A stretch of DNA of 64,000 bases from an uncultured Lachnospiraceae bacterium (GTDB lineage Bacteria; Bacillota; Clostridia; Lachnospirales; Lachnospiraceae), in the NCBI GenBank assembly GCA_902772925.1, contig CACYCJ010000270.1, positions 3,498-67,497 of the forward strand. The letters are read 5' to 3'. The notes under the pieces are model-generated. The model saw only the letters and a list, made by a program, of their open reading frames with translations, was not told the origin of the DNA and did no database searches. The position numbers and the translations under genes were made by a program. Below are positions 1 to 9,889 of the stretch, piece by piece (positions within the stretch are counted from its first letter, which is position 1; every line of letters starts with the position of its first letter).

Positions 1-2
1 GG

Positions 3-3000
3 TATGCGTTTTACTATGATTATAATCTTAAGGAGATTGATTTTGAACCCGAAAGCGAGATGGACCGTTTGGGTTATGGTGCATTTGCTTATTGTGGAAT
101 AGAAGATTTTACTATACCAAGAAATGTTTCGACAATCTCACAGGAAGTATTTACAGGCTGTAAAGATCTTTTGGCAGTAACCTTTGAATCTGAAAGCAAG
201 ATCGAAAATATCCCTGCTTGGCTTTTTAGTGGTGCAGATAATCTGAGAAGGATTACTTTTGAAGATGAATGCGAGCTTAAACAGTTTGAAGCGAGAGCAT
301 GTGAGGGACTGCTTTATCTTGAATCGATTGATTTCAGTGGATGTGATAAGCTTACGAATATAGATAATTATGCATTTAGAAACTGTATATCTCTTGAAAA
401 TCTGACTCTTCCTGACAGCATGAAAGAGATTGGCAGATATGCTTTCTATGGATGCAACAAAATGAATGAGATGAGACTTCCGGAGGGACTGTCATCCATA
501 GGTCGTTATGCATTTACAAATACAGATAATATCAATCTGTACTTCTTAGCACCGGTACTTCCTGTCAATCTTGAGGATAAATGGGATTACGGTATAGGTG
601 GTTATTATGTCGGTATAAATAATGTTATTGAAAACGATGAATGGGTTTATGCTCTTACGGCAGATGGAAAAGCATCTGTGATCAGGTATAAAGGAAATGC
701 TTCAAATATTGATCTGGATACCATTGATGGGCACGAGGTTGTATCTATCGGTAGTGAAACATTTAAGGATAATAATACCCTTACAAGTATATCTCTCCCT
801 GAAACGCTTACCGGCATTTATAAAGCTGCTTTCAGTGGTACATCATCGCTTGGCAGTATCATGATACCTAAGAGTGTTAGAGTTATTGATAGTGAAGCAT
901 TTAAGGACAGCGGTATATCTGAGCTTACTTTTGCTTCAGAAAGTGAACTTGTGACTATAGGCAGCAGTGCTTTTGAGAATACTGGAAATCTTAATTCAAT
1001 CTCTATTCCTGATGGTATAACGGACATAAGGGAAAATACTTTTTATAAATCCAGTGTGAAGAATGCAACACTTTCTGCGAATGTTTCAACGATAGACAGG
1101 CTTGCATTCTCAGAATCCGGGCTGGAAAGTATAAACATACCCGCAAGTATAAAAGAAATATCATATAAGGCATTCAAAAATGCAAAATCGTTACAGAATG
1201 TATCATTCGCTGTTTCAGATACAGAAATGATGATAAGGGATGAGGCGTTTTATGGCTCAGGGCTTACAACTGTCAGTATTCCGGCAAATGTAACTTATAT
1301 AGGTAATCTGTGTTTCTCAAGATGCCAAAGTTTAACGGAGATTAATGTTGATAATGCTAATGCTATATATGCTTCACTTGATGGAGTTTTTTATAATAAA
1401 GCTTTGAATAAGCTGATAACCTGTCCTGCAGGCAAAACAGGCAGCTACACAGTATCAGATAATGTAGCTTTATTCGCAGTCGGTGCATTTGAAGGATCAC
1501 TTTTATCAGAAATAGTTATACCTGATGCATGTTCACTTCAGACTATAGGTCATAGAACATTCTTTGAATGTGATAATCTTACAAGCATTAATATACCGGA
1601 TAGTGTTCAGAGTATAGAATATTATGCTTTTGGTTACTGTGATAACCTTGAAACAGTAACAATAAACCAGACAAGTAATCTTGGTGGAATATATGAAGGA
1701 GCATTTTATAACTGTGCAAAGCTTGGAAGTGTCATAATTCCTGATGGGGTGACGGAAATATCTGATTATGCATTTTATGGCTGTTCGGCATTAGCAGAAG
1801 TAAGTTTTGGTGAAAATAGTCAGCTTCAGGGAATCTATGATCATGCATTTGAATATGCCGGGATAGAGAACTTTGTGATGCCGAAAAATATGATCGAAAT
1901 AGGGGCATATGCATTTCATGGAACAAAACTAAAAACTATTAAGTTCAATACTGTTCTGAAGGATATAGGAGATTATGCCTTTTCAAATTCTGGCATGGAT
2001 GAAGTTAAAGAATTAATTATCCCTGACTCGACTGAAAGAATTGGAAAAGGTGTTTTAGAAGGAATAACGAGTATAGAAGTTCTTTCTATACCATTTTTAG
2101 GAAGTAGTAAAAATAATTTGTTTATAAATAGTGGTTCTTCGCATGAGGCATCTATAGAATATTTGTATGGAAAATTGCCAGATTTTGCGGCTCGTGATTT
2201 GTTGAAAAATTTGCATAGAATAGCTGTTAGAGGTGGAGAACGAGTGGGGGAATGGGCTTTCGAAGCTGTACCAGTTGAAGATTTATATTTAGCTGACTCA
2301 ATTTATGAATTTGGAAATAATGCAATAGAAGGAGCTGATAAACTTAAATATATTCGAATGTCTCAAAACATGGAATATATATCTTGTGGTATGTTTTCTG
2401 GTTGTAAGAGTTTGATAAGTATTGATATACCTAAGTCATGTATATATATTCGAAATAATGCGTTTGAATTTTGTGAATCACTCCAAGAAATTAAAATACC
2501 TGTAAATATAACTGTAATAGAGGATAATGCGTTTTTGGGATGCTGTAATATTACTGATATTAATGTAGATGACAATAATAAATCGTTTATTGTTGAAAAT
2601 AATATCCTTTATGACATAAACAAGACTCGATTGATTAAAGCTTCAAATAGTTTGAGTGGTAATGTAGTAATTCGGGATGGAGTAAAAAAAATAGAAGGAA
2701 GTGCTTTTGATGGGAATGGATCGATCTCTGAAATAAGTATGCCGGATTCTCTGGAGATAATAGGACCTTATGCTTTCCGAAATTGTCATTCATTATCAGT
2801 AATTAGAAAATGGTCTGATCATTTGACCGAAATTAGCCCGTCGTCATTTGAAAAAACCTCACTTGAAGAAGTGGAAATACCTGATAGCGTATCTATAATT
2901 GGTGGTCAGGCGTTTTATGGTTGTGAGGCCTTGAAGATTGTAAAGCTTGGAGATGGTGTTGAATATATTGGTATTCAAGCATTTGCATATAATACAAGGT

Positions 3001-6000
3001 TGGTTGATATAGATTTTGGGTCAAGTATAAAAGATATTTACGACTATGGATTTAGTTATTGTACAAGTTTAGAAAGCGTCTTTATTCCAGACAGTGTTGA
3101 GTTAATAAGTAGGGGGGCATTTAGTCATTGTACAAGCTTATCTATAGCATACATTTCAAAAAATATTAAAAATATAGAAGATGGTGCATTTTCGTACTGT
3201 GACAAACTAAAAACGATAATTGTAGATAGCAGTAATTATTGCTTTTATAATAATATGCTGTTTGATGGCTCTATGACAAAATTGTTATTTGTTCCCAACA
3301 GTGTTTCAGGAAAAGTTGAAATACCAGAAGGGGTAAAAGTAATTGAAACAGGGACGTTTGCTGATCATGATAGTATAACAGAAATTGTCTTGCCTGATTC
3401 GCTTGAAGAAATAAAAGATTCTGCTTTTTACTCTTGTGATAAACTGGTTTCAATTACTTTTGGATGTAATATTAAAAAAATAGGAGGTAACGTGTTTTTC
3501 AATACCCCTTTTTATGAAAATAATCTAATCAGATTTAATGGAGTAGGCTACATTGGTAAATTTGCCGTTAGTAAGTATTTTCAGGCTATTGAATGCAAAT
3601 CACTGGTTATAAAAGATGGAACAGAGGTAATATCTAGTAATTTGTTTAATTCATGTCAATTTGAAGAACTATATTTGCCTGATTCATTAAAATATATTGA
3701 TGAATATGCTTTTGCTTGGTGTGATAAATTAAAACATGTTAGATGGGGTAAAAATATAGAATATATAGGGGAAGGGGCTTTTAGGTCAGATCCTATTGTT
3801 TCAATAGAATTGTTTAATAAAAAAGTTATAAGTGAAGGATCATTAACATCTGCTCAATTTGTAAATGCTAATATTGATATTAATGAAATAAATATACCTA
3901 ATTATCATTTGAATTTATCTACATATGGAACATATGTGGGTTTGTATAATGCACAAGTTGGCTATTATCCTAAGAATATTGTTTTTGAAGACGAAAAACA
4001 GTTGGTAAACTCAGATATTATTGGTATTGAGAACTCAAATATTTATACGAAAACTGAAAAGAACTTTGGAAGCTTTGACGAGAGAACAATAAATAATAAC
4101 AATATTTATTATAATAATGAATGGCATATGGCTAAGTTTTATGTGAATGAAATGTTAATTCATATGGCGGCTGTTAAAAATAATGAGATGCTTCAAAATC
4201 CTGCAGAAAACTTGATTTATGAGTATATTGATAATAACAGTGATTTTGTAGGTTGGGATACTGATGATGATGGTGTTGCAGATGAAATACCGGCGATATT
4301 GACATCTGATATTGTTGCAAAAGCTATTTTTGATGCACCAATTAAAAGAATAGAGTTAGATTATGACAATTATAGTATTAAATGTGATGAAAATGGTGAT
4401 GTTGTATATGATGAAGATGGTAATGGGGTTTTTGAATGTAAATGGATAAATATTGATAGATATAAAACAAGGACTATTGGGTATATTATTGAACCTTATA
4501 ACTATACGCAGAATGATAAAGTGATATGGACTTCATCAGATGATAATTGCCTAACAGTTGATGAAACAGGAAAAATAAAGGCTCTAAGAGTTCCGGATGA
4601 AGGATATGTAACTGTTAGAGCAATGTTGGCAGAAAATACAGATATCTTTGATGAGGTTCGTGTGTATATTAATTCAGTTACTGATGGTATTATTCTTAAT
4701 GATAGTATGGTAGACATTAATAAAGGGAATACATATTCGATTGAACCTCAATTACTTGTACCTGATGGATATACTACTGATATTAATTATAGTAGTAATG
4801 ATAATACTATTGCTAGTGTTGATGAAAATGGAATTATTAATGCTGTTGAAGTAGGTAATACGGAAATAAATATTACTTGTGGTGCAGATTATTCTGCAAC
4901 ATTATATGTGTCGGTAAAACAGCCTATTACAGGTATTAGAATTTCTGAAACAGAAGGCACAGTCAATGTCGGTGAAACACTTGAACTATCGCCTATCTTT
5001 GAACCTGCAAACACTACAGATGACAAATCAGTATTCTGGTACAGCAAAGATACATCCATAGCAAAAGTTAATTCTTCCGGAGTCATCACAGGTGTTGCAC
5101 CCGGAACGGTAGAAATAGTCGGTGTTGTCGGTAACTTCAAAGTTACATACATCGCAACAGTTAAAGCGCCTATAGAGAGAATCACACTTAATACATCCAG
5201 AGGAACACTTAGATTAGATCATACAAAACAGCTTGATGTCATATACATACCAAGCAATACTACAGATGACAAATCTATTACCTGGTCATCTGCTGACTCT
5301 GATATAGCTACCGTGGATGAGAATGGTCTTGTTACCGGTATTACAACCGGAAAGACTACTATAACAGGACAGGTCGGTGAACATACTGCAACCTATGAGG
5401 TAAGTGTTATCGGACTTCGTGATCCGGATACTGGTATTACTGTAACAAACAGTGATGATACGGAGATGGAAGAAGGTACGGAACTTGATGTTGACGGTCT
5501 TGAGCCTACAGAGCTTACCGGAGAAATGAGCAAGGGATGGCTTCTTTATCGGGAAATACTGTATGGATGGTTCCATCCCGGCTTTATCAGACATGCATAC
5601 ATATATGATATTTCAATGCTCTTTGAAGGTAAGACAGTACAGCCGGGAACGACAGTTGATGTGGAGCTTCCTATCCCGAGATATATGAGTCATGACAGGA
5701 TTATTGTTTACCGTATAGAAGAAGACGGAACAATAACCAATATGCACGGTTATATCAAGGATGGAAAGTATTGCTTCACTACGGATCATTTCAGTGTATA
5801 TGCATTTGGAACAGAAACCGAAGAGAGCTACATAGAGACCATTGAACCTGAACAAAATGAGCTGAATATGACTCTTGATGAATCCGGGAAGATTTCCTTT
5901 GCTACAGTTCCCGAAGAACCGGATAATAATGACATTACATTTGAATCATCTGATGAGTCAGTAATAACTGTTGATGAAGAAGGAAATGTTACACCTGTTA

Positions 6001-7229
6001 GTATAGGAACTGCAGATATAACGATAAAAGCTGTTGACAGCGAGGCAGAGGCTGTTGTTAAAGTATCGGTAGGGCATAAATACGGAAAGCTTATCGAAGA
6101 GGTTCCTGCGACATGTACTGTGGACGGTATGAAAGCTCACTACGAGTGCTCGGTATGTCATAAGCTGTTTATCAAAGATGGCAATGATTATGTTGAGAAG
6201 ACAGAAGCTGAGCTTACGATCAAGGCAACCGGACATACCTATGATCAGGAAGTAGTTGATGAGAAGTATCTTAAGAGTAAAGCAGATTGTACAAATTCAG
6301 CGGTATACTACAAGAGCTGTCATTGCGGAGCTAAGGGAAATGAGACATTTGAAAATGGAGAACCTCTTGGCCATGACTGGGATGAGGGTGTGATCACCAA
6401 GGAGCCTACCTCTAAAGAGGACGGTATTAAGACATTTACCTGTAAGAGATGTAAGGTAACAAAGACGGAACCTGTGAAGTATGATGGCGGAGATGATCCT
6501 AAGGTTATCCATGTAACAGGAGTTACATTAAATAAATCCTCAGTTAACATCATGAAGGGCGATATGCTTATCTTAAAGGTGACAGTAACACCCAAGGATG
6601 CAACTGATAAAACTGTTAAATGGACCAGTAGTAATGGCAAGGTAGCGTCAGTGGATAATAATGGAACAGTTAAAGCATTATCAAAAGGTTCCGCTGTAAT
6701 TACTGTAACGACAGTTGATGGTTCCAAGACGGCTAAATGTGAAGTGACAGTAATAGATGATAACAGTGAACCTGACGATCCCAAGCCTGACGATCCTAAA
6801 CCTGATGATCCCATAGCGGAGTCTGTTACTATGTACAGATTATACAATCCTAATTCCGGTGAACATTTCTATACTGCTAGCCAAAGTGAGATAGATACTA
6901 TAGTAGCAGCCGGATGGAAGAATGAAGGAGTTGCATGGAAGGCACCGAAGAAGTCCAAGACGCCTGTGTACAGGCTTTATAATCCTAATGCGGGAGATCA
7001 CCATTATACAACCAACGAGGCTGAGAAAGATAACCTGATATCTGTGGGTTGGAATGATGAAGGAATTGGATGGTATTCAGATGATAACAAGGGCATAGTT
7101 CTTTACAGACTCTACAACCCGAATGCACAGACAGGCTCACATCATTACACTACAAGTGAAGCAGAAAAAGATAATCTTGTGACGGTCGGCTGGAAGTATG
7201 AAGGTGCTGCCTGGTATGGAATGAAATAA
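3..7229 (+). CDS. Giant BspA-like leucine-rich-repeat (LRR_5) cell-surface protein with Ig-like (Big_2) domains and C-terminal RLYNPN repeats; 5' end lies outside the window
   Basis: Frame is open from position 3 (YAFYYDYNLKEIDF...) into the ORF at 60. Dozens of IPxSVxxIxxxAFxxCxxL repeats; WSSSD...ATVD..G.V.A Ig-like units; three RLYNPN(S/A)GxHxYT repeats at the C-terminus. Confidence 0.9.
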   Translation, partial: YAFYYDYNLKEIDFEPESEMDRLGYGAFAYCGIEDFTIPRNVSTISQEVFTGCKDLLAVTFESESKIENIPAWLFSGADNLRRITFEDECELKQFEARACEGLLYLESIDFSGCDKLTNIDNYAFRNCISLENLTLPDSMKEIGRYAFYGCNKMNEMRLPEGLSSIGRYAFTNTDNINLYFLAPVLPVNLEDKWDYGIGGYYVGINNVIENDEWVYALTADGKASVIRYKGNASNIDLDTIDGHEVVSIGSETFKDNNTLTSISLPETLTGIYKAAFSGTSSLGSIMIPKSVRVIDSEAFKDSGISELTFASESELVTIGSSAFENTGNLNSISIPDGITDIRENTFYKSSVKNATLSANVSTIDRLAFSESGLESINIPASIKEISYKAFKNAKSLQNVSFAVSDTEMMIRDEAFYGSGLTTVSIPANVTYIGNLCFSRCQSLTEINVDNANAIYASLDGVFYNKALNKLITCPAGKTGSYTVSDNVALFAVGAFEGSLLSEIVIPDACSLQTIGHRTFFECDNLTSINIPDSVQSIEYYAFGYCDNLETVTINQTSNLGGIYEGAFYNCAKLGSVIIPDGVTEISDYAFYGCSALAEVSFGENSQLQGIYDHAFEYAGIENFVMPKNMIEIGAYAFHGTKLKTIKFNTVLKDIGDYAFSNSGMDEVKELIIPDSTERIGKGVLEGITSIEVLSIPFLGSSKNNLFINSGSSHEASIEYLYGKLPDFAARDLLKNLHRIAVRGGERVGEWAFEAVPVEDLYLADSIYEFGNNAIEGADKLKYIRMSQNMEYISCGMFSGCKSLISIDIPKSCIYIRNNAFEFCESLQEIKIPVNITVIEDNAFLGCCNITDINVDDNNKSFIVENNILYDINKTRLIKASNSLSGNVVIRDGVKKIEGSAFDGNGSISEISMPDSLEIIGPYAFRNCHSLSVIRKWSDHLTEISPSSFEKTSLEEVEIPDSVSIIGGQAFYGCEALKIVKLGDGVEYIGIQAFAYNTRLVDIDFGSSIKDIYDYGFSYCTSLESVFIPDSVELISRGAFSHCTSLSIAYISKNIKNIEDGAFSYCDKLKTIIVDSSNYCFYNNMLFDGSMTKLLFVPNSVSGKVEIPEGVKVIETGTFADHDSITEIVLPDSLEEIKDSAFYSCDKLVSITFGCNIKKIGGNVFFNTPFYENNLIRFNGVGYIGKFAVSKYFQAIECKSLVIKDGTEVISSNLFNSCQFEELYLPDSLKYIDEYAFAWCDKLKHVRWGKNIEYIGEGAFRSDPIVSIELFNKKVISEGSLTSAQFVNANIDINEINIPNYHLNLSTYGTYVGLYNAQVGYYPKNIVFEDEKQLVNSDIIGIENSNIYTKTEKNFGSFDERTINNNNIYYNNEWHMAKFYVNEMLIHMAAVKNNEMLQNPAENLIYEYIDNNSDFVGWDTDDDGVADEIPAILTSDIVAKAIFDAPIKRIELDYDNYSIKCDENGDVVYDEDGNGVFECKWINIDRYKTRTIGYIIEPYNYTQNDKVIWTSSDDNCLTVDETGKIKALRVPDEGYVTVRAMLAENTDIFDEVRVYINSVTDGIILNDSMVDINKGNTYSIEPQLLVPDGYTTDINYSSNDNTIASVDENGIINAVEVGNTEINITCGADYSATLYVSVKQPITGIRISETEGTVNVGETLELSPIFEPANTTDDKSVFWYSKDTSIAKVNSSGVITGVAPGTVEIVGVVGNFKVTYIATVKAPIERITLNTSRGTLRLDHTKQLDVIYIPSNTTDDKSITWSSADSDIATVDENGLVTGITTGKTTITGQVGEHTATYEVSVIGLRDPDTGITVTNSDDTEMEEGTELDVDGLEPTELTGEMSKGWLLYREILYGWFHPGFIRHAYIYDISMLFEGKTVQPGTTVDVELPIPRYMSHDRIIVYRIEEDGTITNMHGYIKDGKYCFTTDHFSVYAFGTETEESYIETIEPEQNELNMTLDESGKISFATVPEEPDNNDITFESSDESVITVDEEGNVTPVSIGTADITIKAVDSEAEAVVKVSVGHKYGKLIEEVPATCTVDGMKAHYECSVCHKLFIKDGNDYVEKTEAELTIKATGHTYDQEVVDEKYLKSKADCTNSAVYYKSCHCGAKGNETFENGEPLGHDWDEGVITKEPTSKEDGIKTFTCKRCKVTKTEPVKYDGGDDPKVIHVTGVTLNKSSVNIMKGDMLILKVTVTPKDATDKTVKWTSSNGKVASVDNNGTVKALSKGSAVITVTTVDGSKTAKCEVTVIDDNSEPDDPKPDDPKPDDPIAESVTMYRLYNPNSGEHFYTASQSEIDTIVAAGWKNEGVAWKAPKKSKTPVYRLYNPNAGDHHYTTNEAEKDNLISVGWNDEGIGWYSDDNKGIVLYRLYNPNAQTGSHHYTTSEAEKDNLVTVGWKYEGAAWYGMK

Positions 7230-7240
7230 AATAATTTCCT

Positions 7241-7283
7241 TTGAGGTCTTCGGTAATCATTGCTACTGAAGACCTCAACTTTT
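7241..7283 (+). terminator. Rho-independent terminator
   Basis: ttgaggtcttcggta / tactgaagacctcaa 15-bp stem (one G-U) followed by ctttt, 11 bp after the stop codon. Confidence 0.8.
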
Positions 7284-7285
7284 CA

Positions 7286-7314
7286 TTGAGATTAATTTAG
7301 AGATGTATTATATT
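7286..7314 (+). promoter_or_regulatory. Putative sigmaA promoter
   Basis: TTGAGA-17 bp-TATATT upstream of the GGGAGG RBS of the 7368 gene. Confidence 0.4.
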
Positions 7315-7367
7315 ACGATTGGTGGATAGAAACCACTTAATCAGTTTGGCTTGGGAGGTTTGTTGTA

Positions 7368-8987
7368 ATGGGAATGTATCTTGACCCGGGAAATGAAAGC
7401 TTTCGTTCTGATATAGAATCTAACATATATATTGATAAGACAGGGGTCATTGAGATATTAAATGGTCAGATTGGAAAATCAAAAAGGTATTTTGCGGTTA
7501 GTCGTGCAAGAAGATTTGGTAAGTCCATGGTAGCGGGTATGTTGGATGCCTACTACAGCATGGGCTGTGATTCAAGGGAGATGTTTTCTCCCTATGAGAT
7601 TTCAAAAGCAGAAAGCTTTGAAGAACATCTGAATAAGTATCATGTGCTTCATTTTGATATGGCTACATTTTTAAATGAAGCCAGGCTTTGTAAAAATGAT
7701 CCTGTTAAACTTATGAATAGTAAGATCCTCAAGGAATTTAAAGCAGTTTACCCTGATCTGATGAGTAACGATATTAGTACTGTTCCGATGGCTGTTGAAG
7801 CTGTCTGGAAATACGACAGGCATCAGTTTGTTATTATCATAGATGAATGGGAATGTGTCATCAGGGATGCGAAGGATGATGATGCTCTTATAATGGATTA
7901 TCTTACCTATCTAAGGGGCTTTTTCAAAACAGAAGAGTCAAAAAAGTTCCTTGCCCTCGGATACATTACGGGAATACTTCCCATAAAGAAATTCGACGGC
8001 GAGTCAGCCATGAATAATTTTACGGAATATACCATGATATCACCTAAAAATCTTGCTCCGTTTTTCGGATTCACTGAAGAAGAGGTGAAGCATTTATGTA
8101 AAGAAAAGCCATACATGGATATTGATGAAATCCGTAAATGGTATGACGGTTATCTGATGAGCTATGTATCAGTAACTCCTTCAGGACCGAAAAAAATCAA
8201 TCTCCATATATATAATCCTAATTCTCTTGTGGAAGCCTTCATTTTTTGCGAATGTGAAGCATATTGGAAGAATACAGGCTCATTTGCAGGTCTTAATTAT
8301 TATATTTCTATGAATATGGATGGGCTTAAGGATGCTATCCTTACAATGCTTACAGGTGAAGGATATCCGGTGGACACCGGATCCTATCAAAATGATCTTA
8401 CAAGCTTTGAAAGCAAGGATGATGTATTAACTGCGCTTATCCATATGGGATATCTCGGATATGATCCGGAGAAGGAAGAAGCGTTTATTCCAAATGAAGA
8501 AGTGAGTAAAGTGTTTGAGAGCGCTATTAAGGTTGGCGATTGGAAAGACATAAGTGATGCACTCCGAAAGTCAGACGGACTCCTGAAGGCTACATGGGAG
8601 GGTGATGAGGATAAAGTAGCAAATGCAATCGCTGAATCACATCAGGATTATACAAGTATTTTGGAATATCATGATGAAAATTCACTTGCACTTGCTATTA
8701 TGATGAGCTACTACACGGCAAAAAAGCATTATATGATCATTCGTGAGATTCCATCTGGTAAAGGTTTTGCTGATATCGCATTTATCCCGAAAAAGGGAAG
8801 TGATAAACCGGCAATGATAGTTGAATTGAAGTGGGATAAGGATGCAGATTCTGCTATCAGCCAGATAGAAGGTAAAAACTATGTCGGTAAGCTTAAGGAT
8901 TACGGTGGAGAGATGCTTCTGGTTGGAATAAATTACAGTAAGAAGGAGAAAGTGTATAGCTGTAAGATTGATAGAATAAATGGATAA
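7368..8987 (+). CDS. AAA-ATPase-like protein with C-terminal PD-(D/E)XK nuclease domain
   Basis: YIDKT, Walker A-like SRARRFGKS, IIIDEW, YITGILPI, WYDGY, and C-terminal GKGFADI...IVELKW. GGGAGG RBS. Confidence 0.9.
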   Translation: MGMYLDPGNESFRSDIESNIYIDKTGVIEILNGQIGKSKRYFAVSRARRFGKSMVAGMLDAYYSMGCDSREMFSPYEISKAESFEEHLNKYHVLHFDMATFLNEARLCKNDPVKLMNSKILKEFKAVYPDLMSNDISTVPMAVEAVWKYDRHQFVIIIDEWECVIRDAKDDDALIMDYLTYLRGFFKTEESKKFLALGYITGILPIKKFDGESAMNNFTEYTMISPKNLAPFFGFTEEEVKHLCKEKPYMDIDEIRKWYDGYLMSYVSVTPSGPKKINLHIYNPNSLVEAFIFCECEAYWKNTGSFAGLNYYISMNMDGLKDAILTMLTGEGYPVDTGSYQNDLTSFESKDDVLTALIHMGYLGYDPEKEEAFIPNEEVSKVFESAIKVGDWKDISDALRKSDGLLKATWEGDEDKVANAIAESHQDYTSILEYHDENSLALAIMMSYYTAKKHYMIIREIPSGKGFADIAFIPKKGSDKPAMIVELKWDKDADSAISQIEGKNYVGKLKDYGGEMLLVGINYSKKEKVYSCKIDRING

Positions 8988-8990
8988 CGC

Positions 8991-9029
8991 AAAAAACGGG
9001 CAACCCCTCGGGTTGCCCGTGCATTTTTT
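8991..9029. terminator. Bidirectional Rho-independent terminator between convergent genes
   Basis: acgggcaaccc-ctc-gggttgcccgt perfect 11-bp stem, flanked by an A-run and a T-run. Confidence 0.85.
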
Positions 9030-9042
9030 AACAGCAGATCTA

Positions 9043-9489
9043 TCAGTCGAGAACGATTTCTGATACATTATTAACCGCGTCGGAAACAGCTTCCTTTGCT
9101 TCCTCAGCCTTTTCGCTTGCAGCTTCTTTTACTTCCTCGGCCTTTTCGCTCGCAGCTTCCTTGAGATCTTCAACGGTGTCATCTTCGTCTGCAGATGTGA
9201 TGTCCACATAATCTCTTTCTACTGATTCCTCAGCCTCGACATCAGCTTCTTCCTTTGATTTTTTAAACTCGCTGATTTTTTCATCGGCCATAGCCTTAAG
9301 ATCAGTAGCAGTATCCTTAACTCTTTCGGATGCCTTCTTTATCTTATCATCTACAGCATATTTCTCATCCAATTTCTTGTATTGCTCCGAACCGCGGATT
9401 TCATCCTTGAATACATAAGCCAGTCCGGCAACTGCGCCGATTGCAAGTGTTGCAGTAACAAACCCGCTAACAAAACCTTTTCTTGACAT
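9043..9489 (-). CDS. Small membrane-anchored acidic coiled-coil protein (YtxH-like)
   Basis: N-terminal hydrophobic helix GFVSGFVTATLAIGAVAGLAYVF, then K/E/A-rich helical repeats (KEAASEKAEE). AAGGAG RBS on the minus strand. Confidence 0.7.
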   Translation of the reverse strand: MSRKGFVSGFVTATLAIGAVAGLAYVFKDEIRGSEQYKKLDEKYAVDDKIKKASERVKDTATDLKAMADEKISEFKKSKEEADVEAEESVERDYVDITSADEDDTVEDLKEAASEKAEEVKEAASEKAEEAKEAVSDAVNNVSEIVLD

Positions 9490-9664
9490 AACACTTCTCC
9501 TTTTCGAAATAATGATTCACCTGAAAAATTAGATCATTTTTCAAAATGTTAAAAAATATTGTAATACTCATTATGGCAAAAATCAAGCAAATATGTTAAT
9601 CTATAGTCTGTGTCATTACGGTATACCGGGTATGACAGATTGTAAAACTGATTGGAGGGGTATT

Positions 9665-9889
9665 ATGAACGGGTCAAACAGACTAACCGAAGTTGAGAAG
9701 AATTTTTTTGTCTGTGCAGGTCTGATGGTTGTGGCAGGAATTATAATGGCTGTTATTAATAAAGGACTTCTGGGGAGCATTTTTATAGCAATCGGCATCA
9801 TCTTTGCTATCATAGGCGTTTGCTTCATAGTAAAAAGAAAAAAAGAAGAGGATGCCAAAGACAGGGAGCATGAAAAAAATGAATTATGA
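9665..9889 (+). CDS. Small two-TM membrane protein (74 aa)
   Basis: ATG at 9665 follows GGAGGGG. Two hydrophobic segments and a charged tail; overlaps the next gene. Confidence 0.65.
   Translation: MNGSNRLTEVEKNFFVCAGLMVVAGIIMAVINKGLLGSIFIAIGIIFAIIGVCFIVKRKKEEDAKDREHEKNEL

Noticed and set aside
7368-8987. AAA/PD-(D/E)XK gene as a novel defence system or CIS effector
   Set aside because: It belongs to a common stand-alone family in gut and rumen anaerobes, is monocistronic with its own terminator, and has no link to the CIS.
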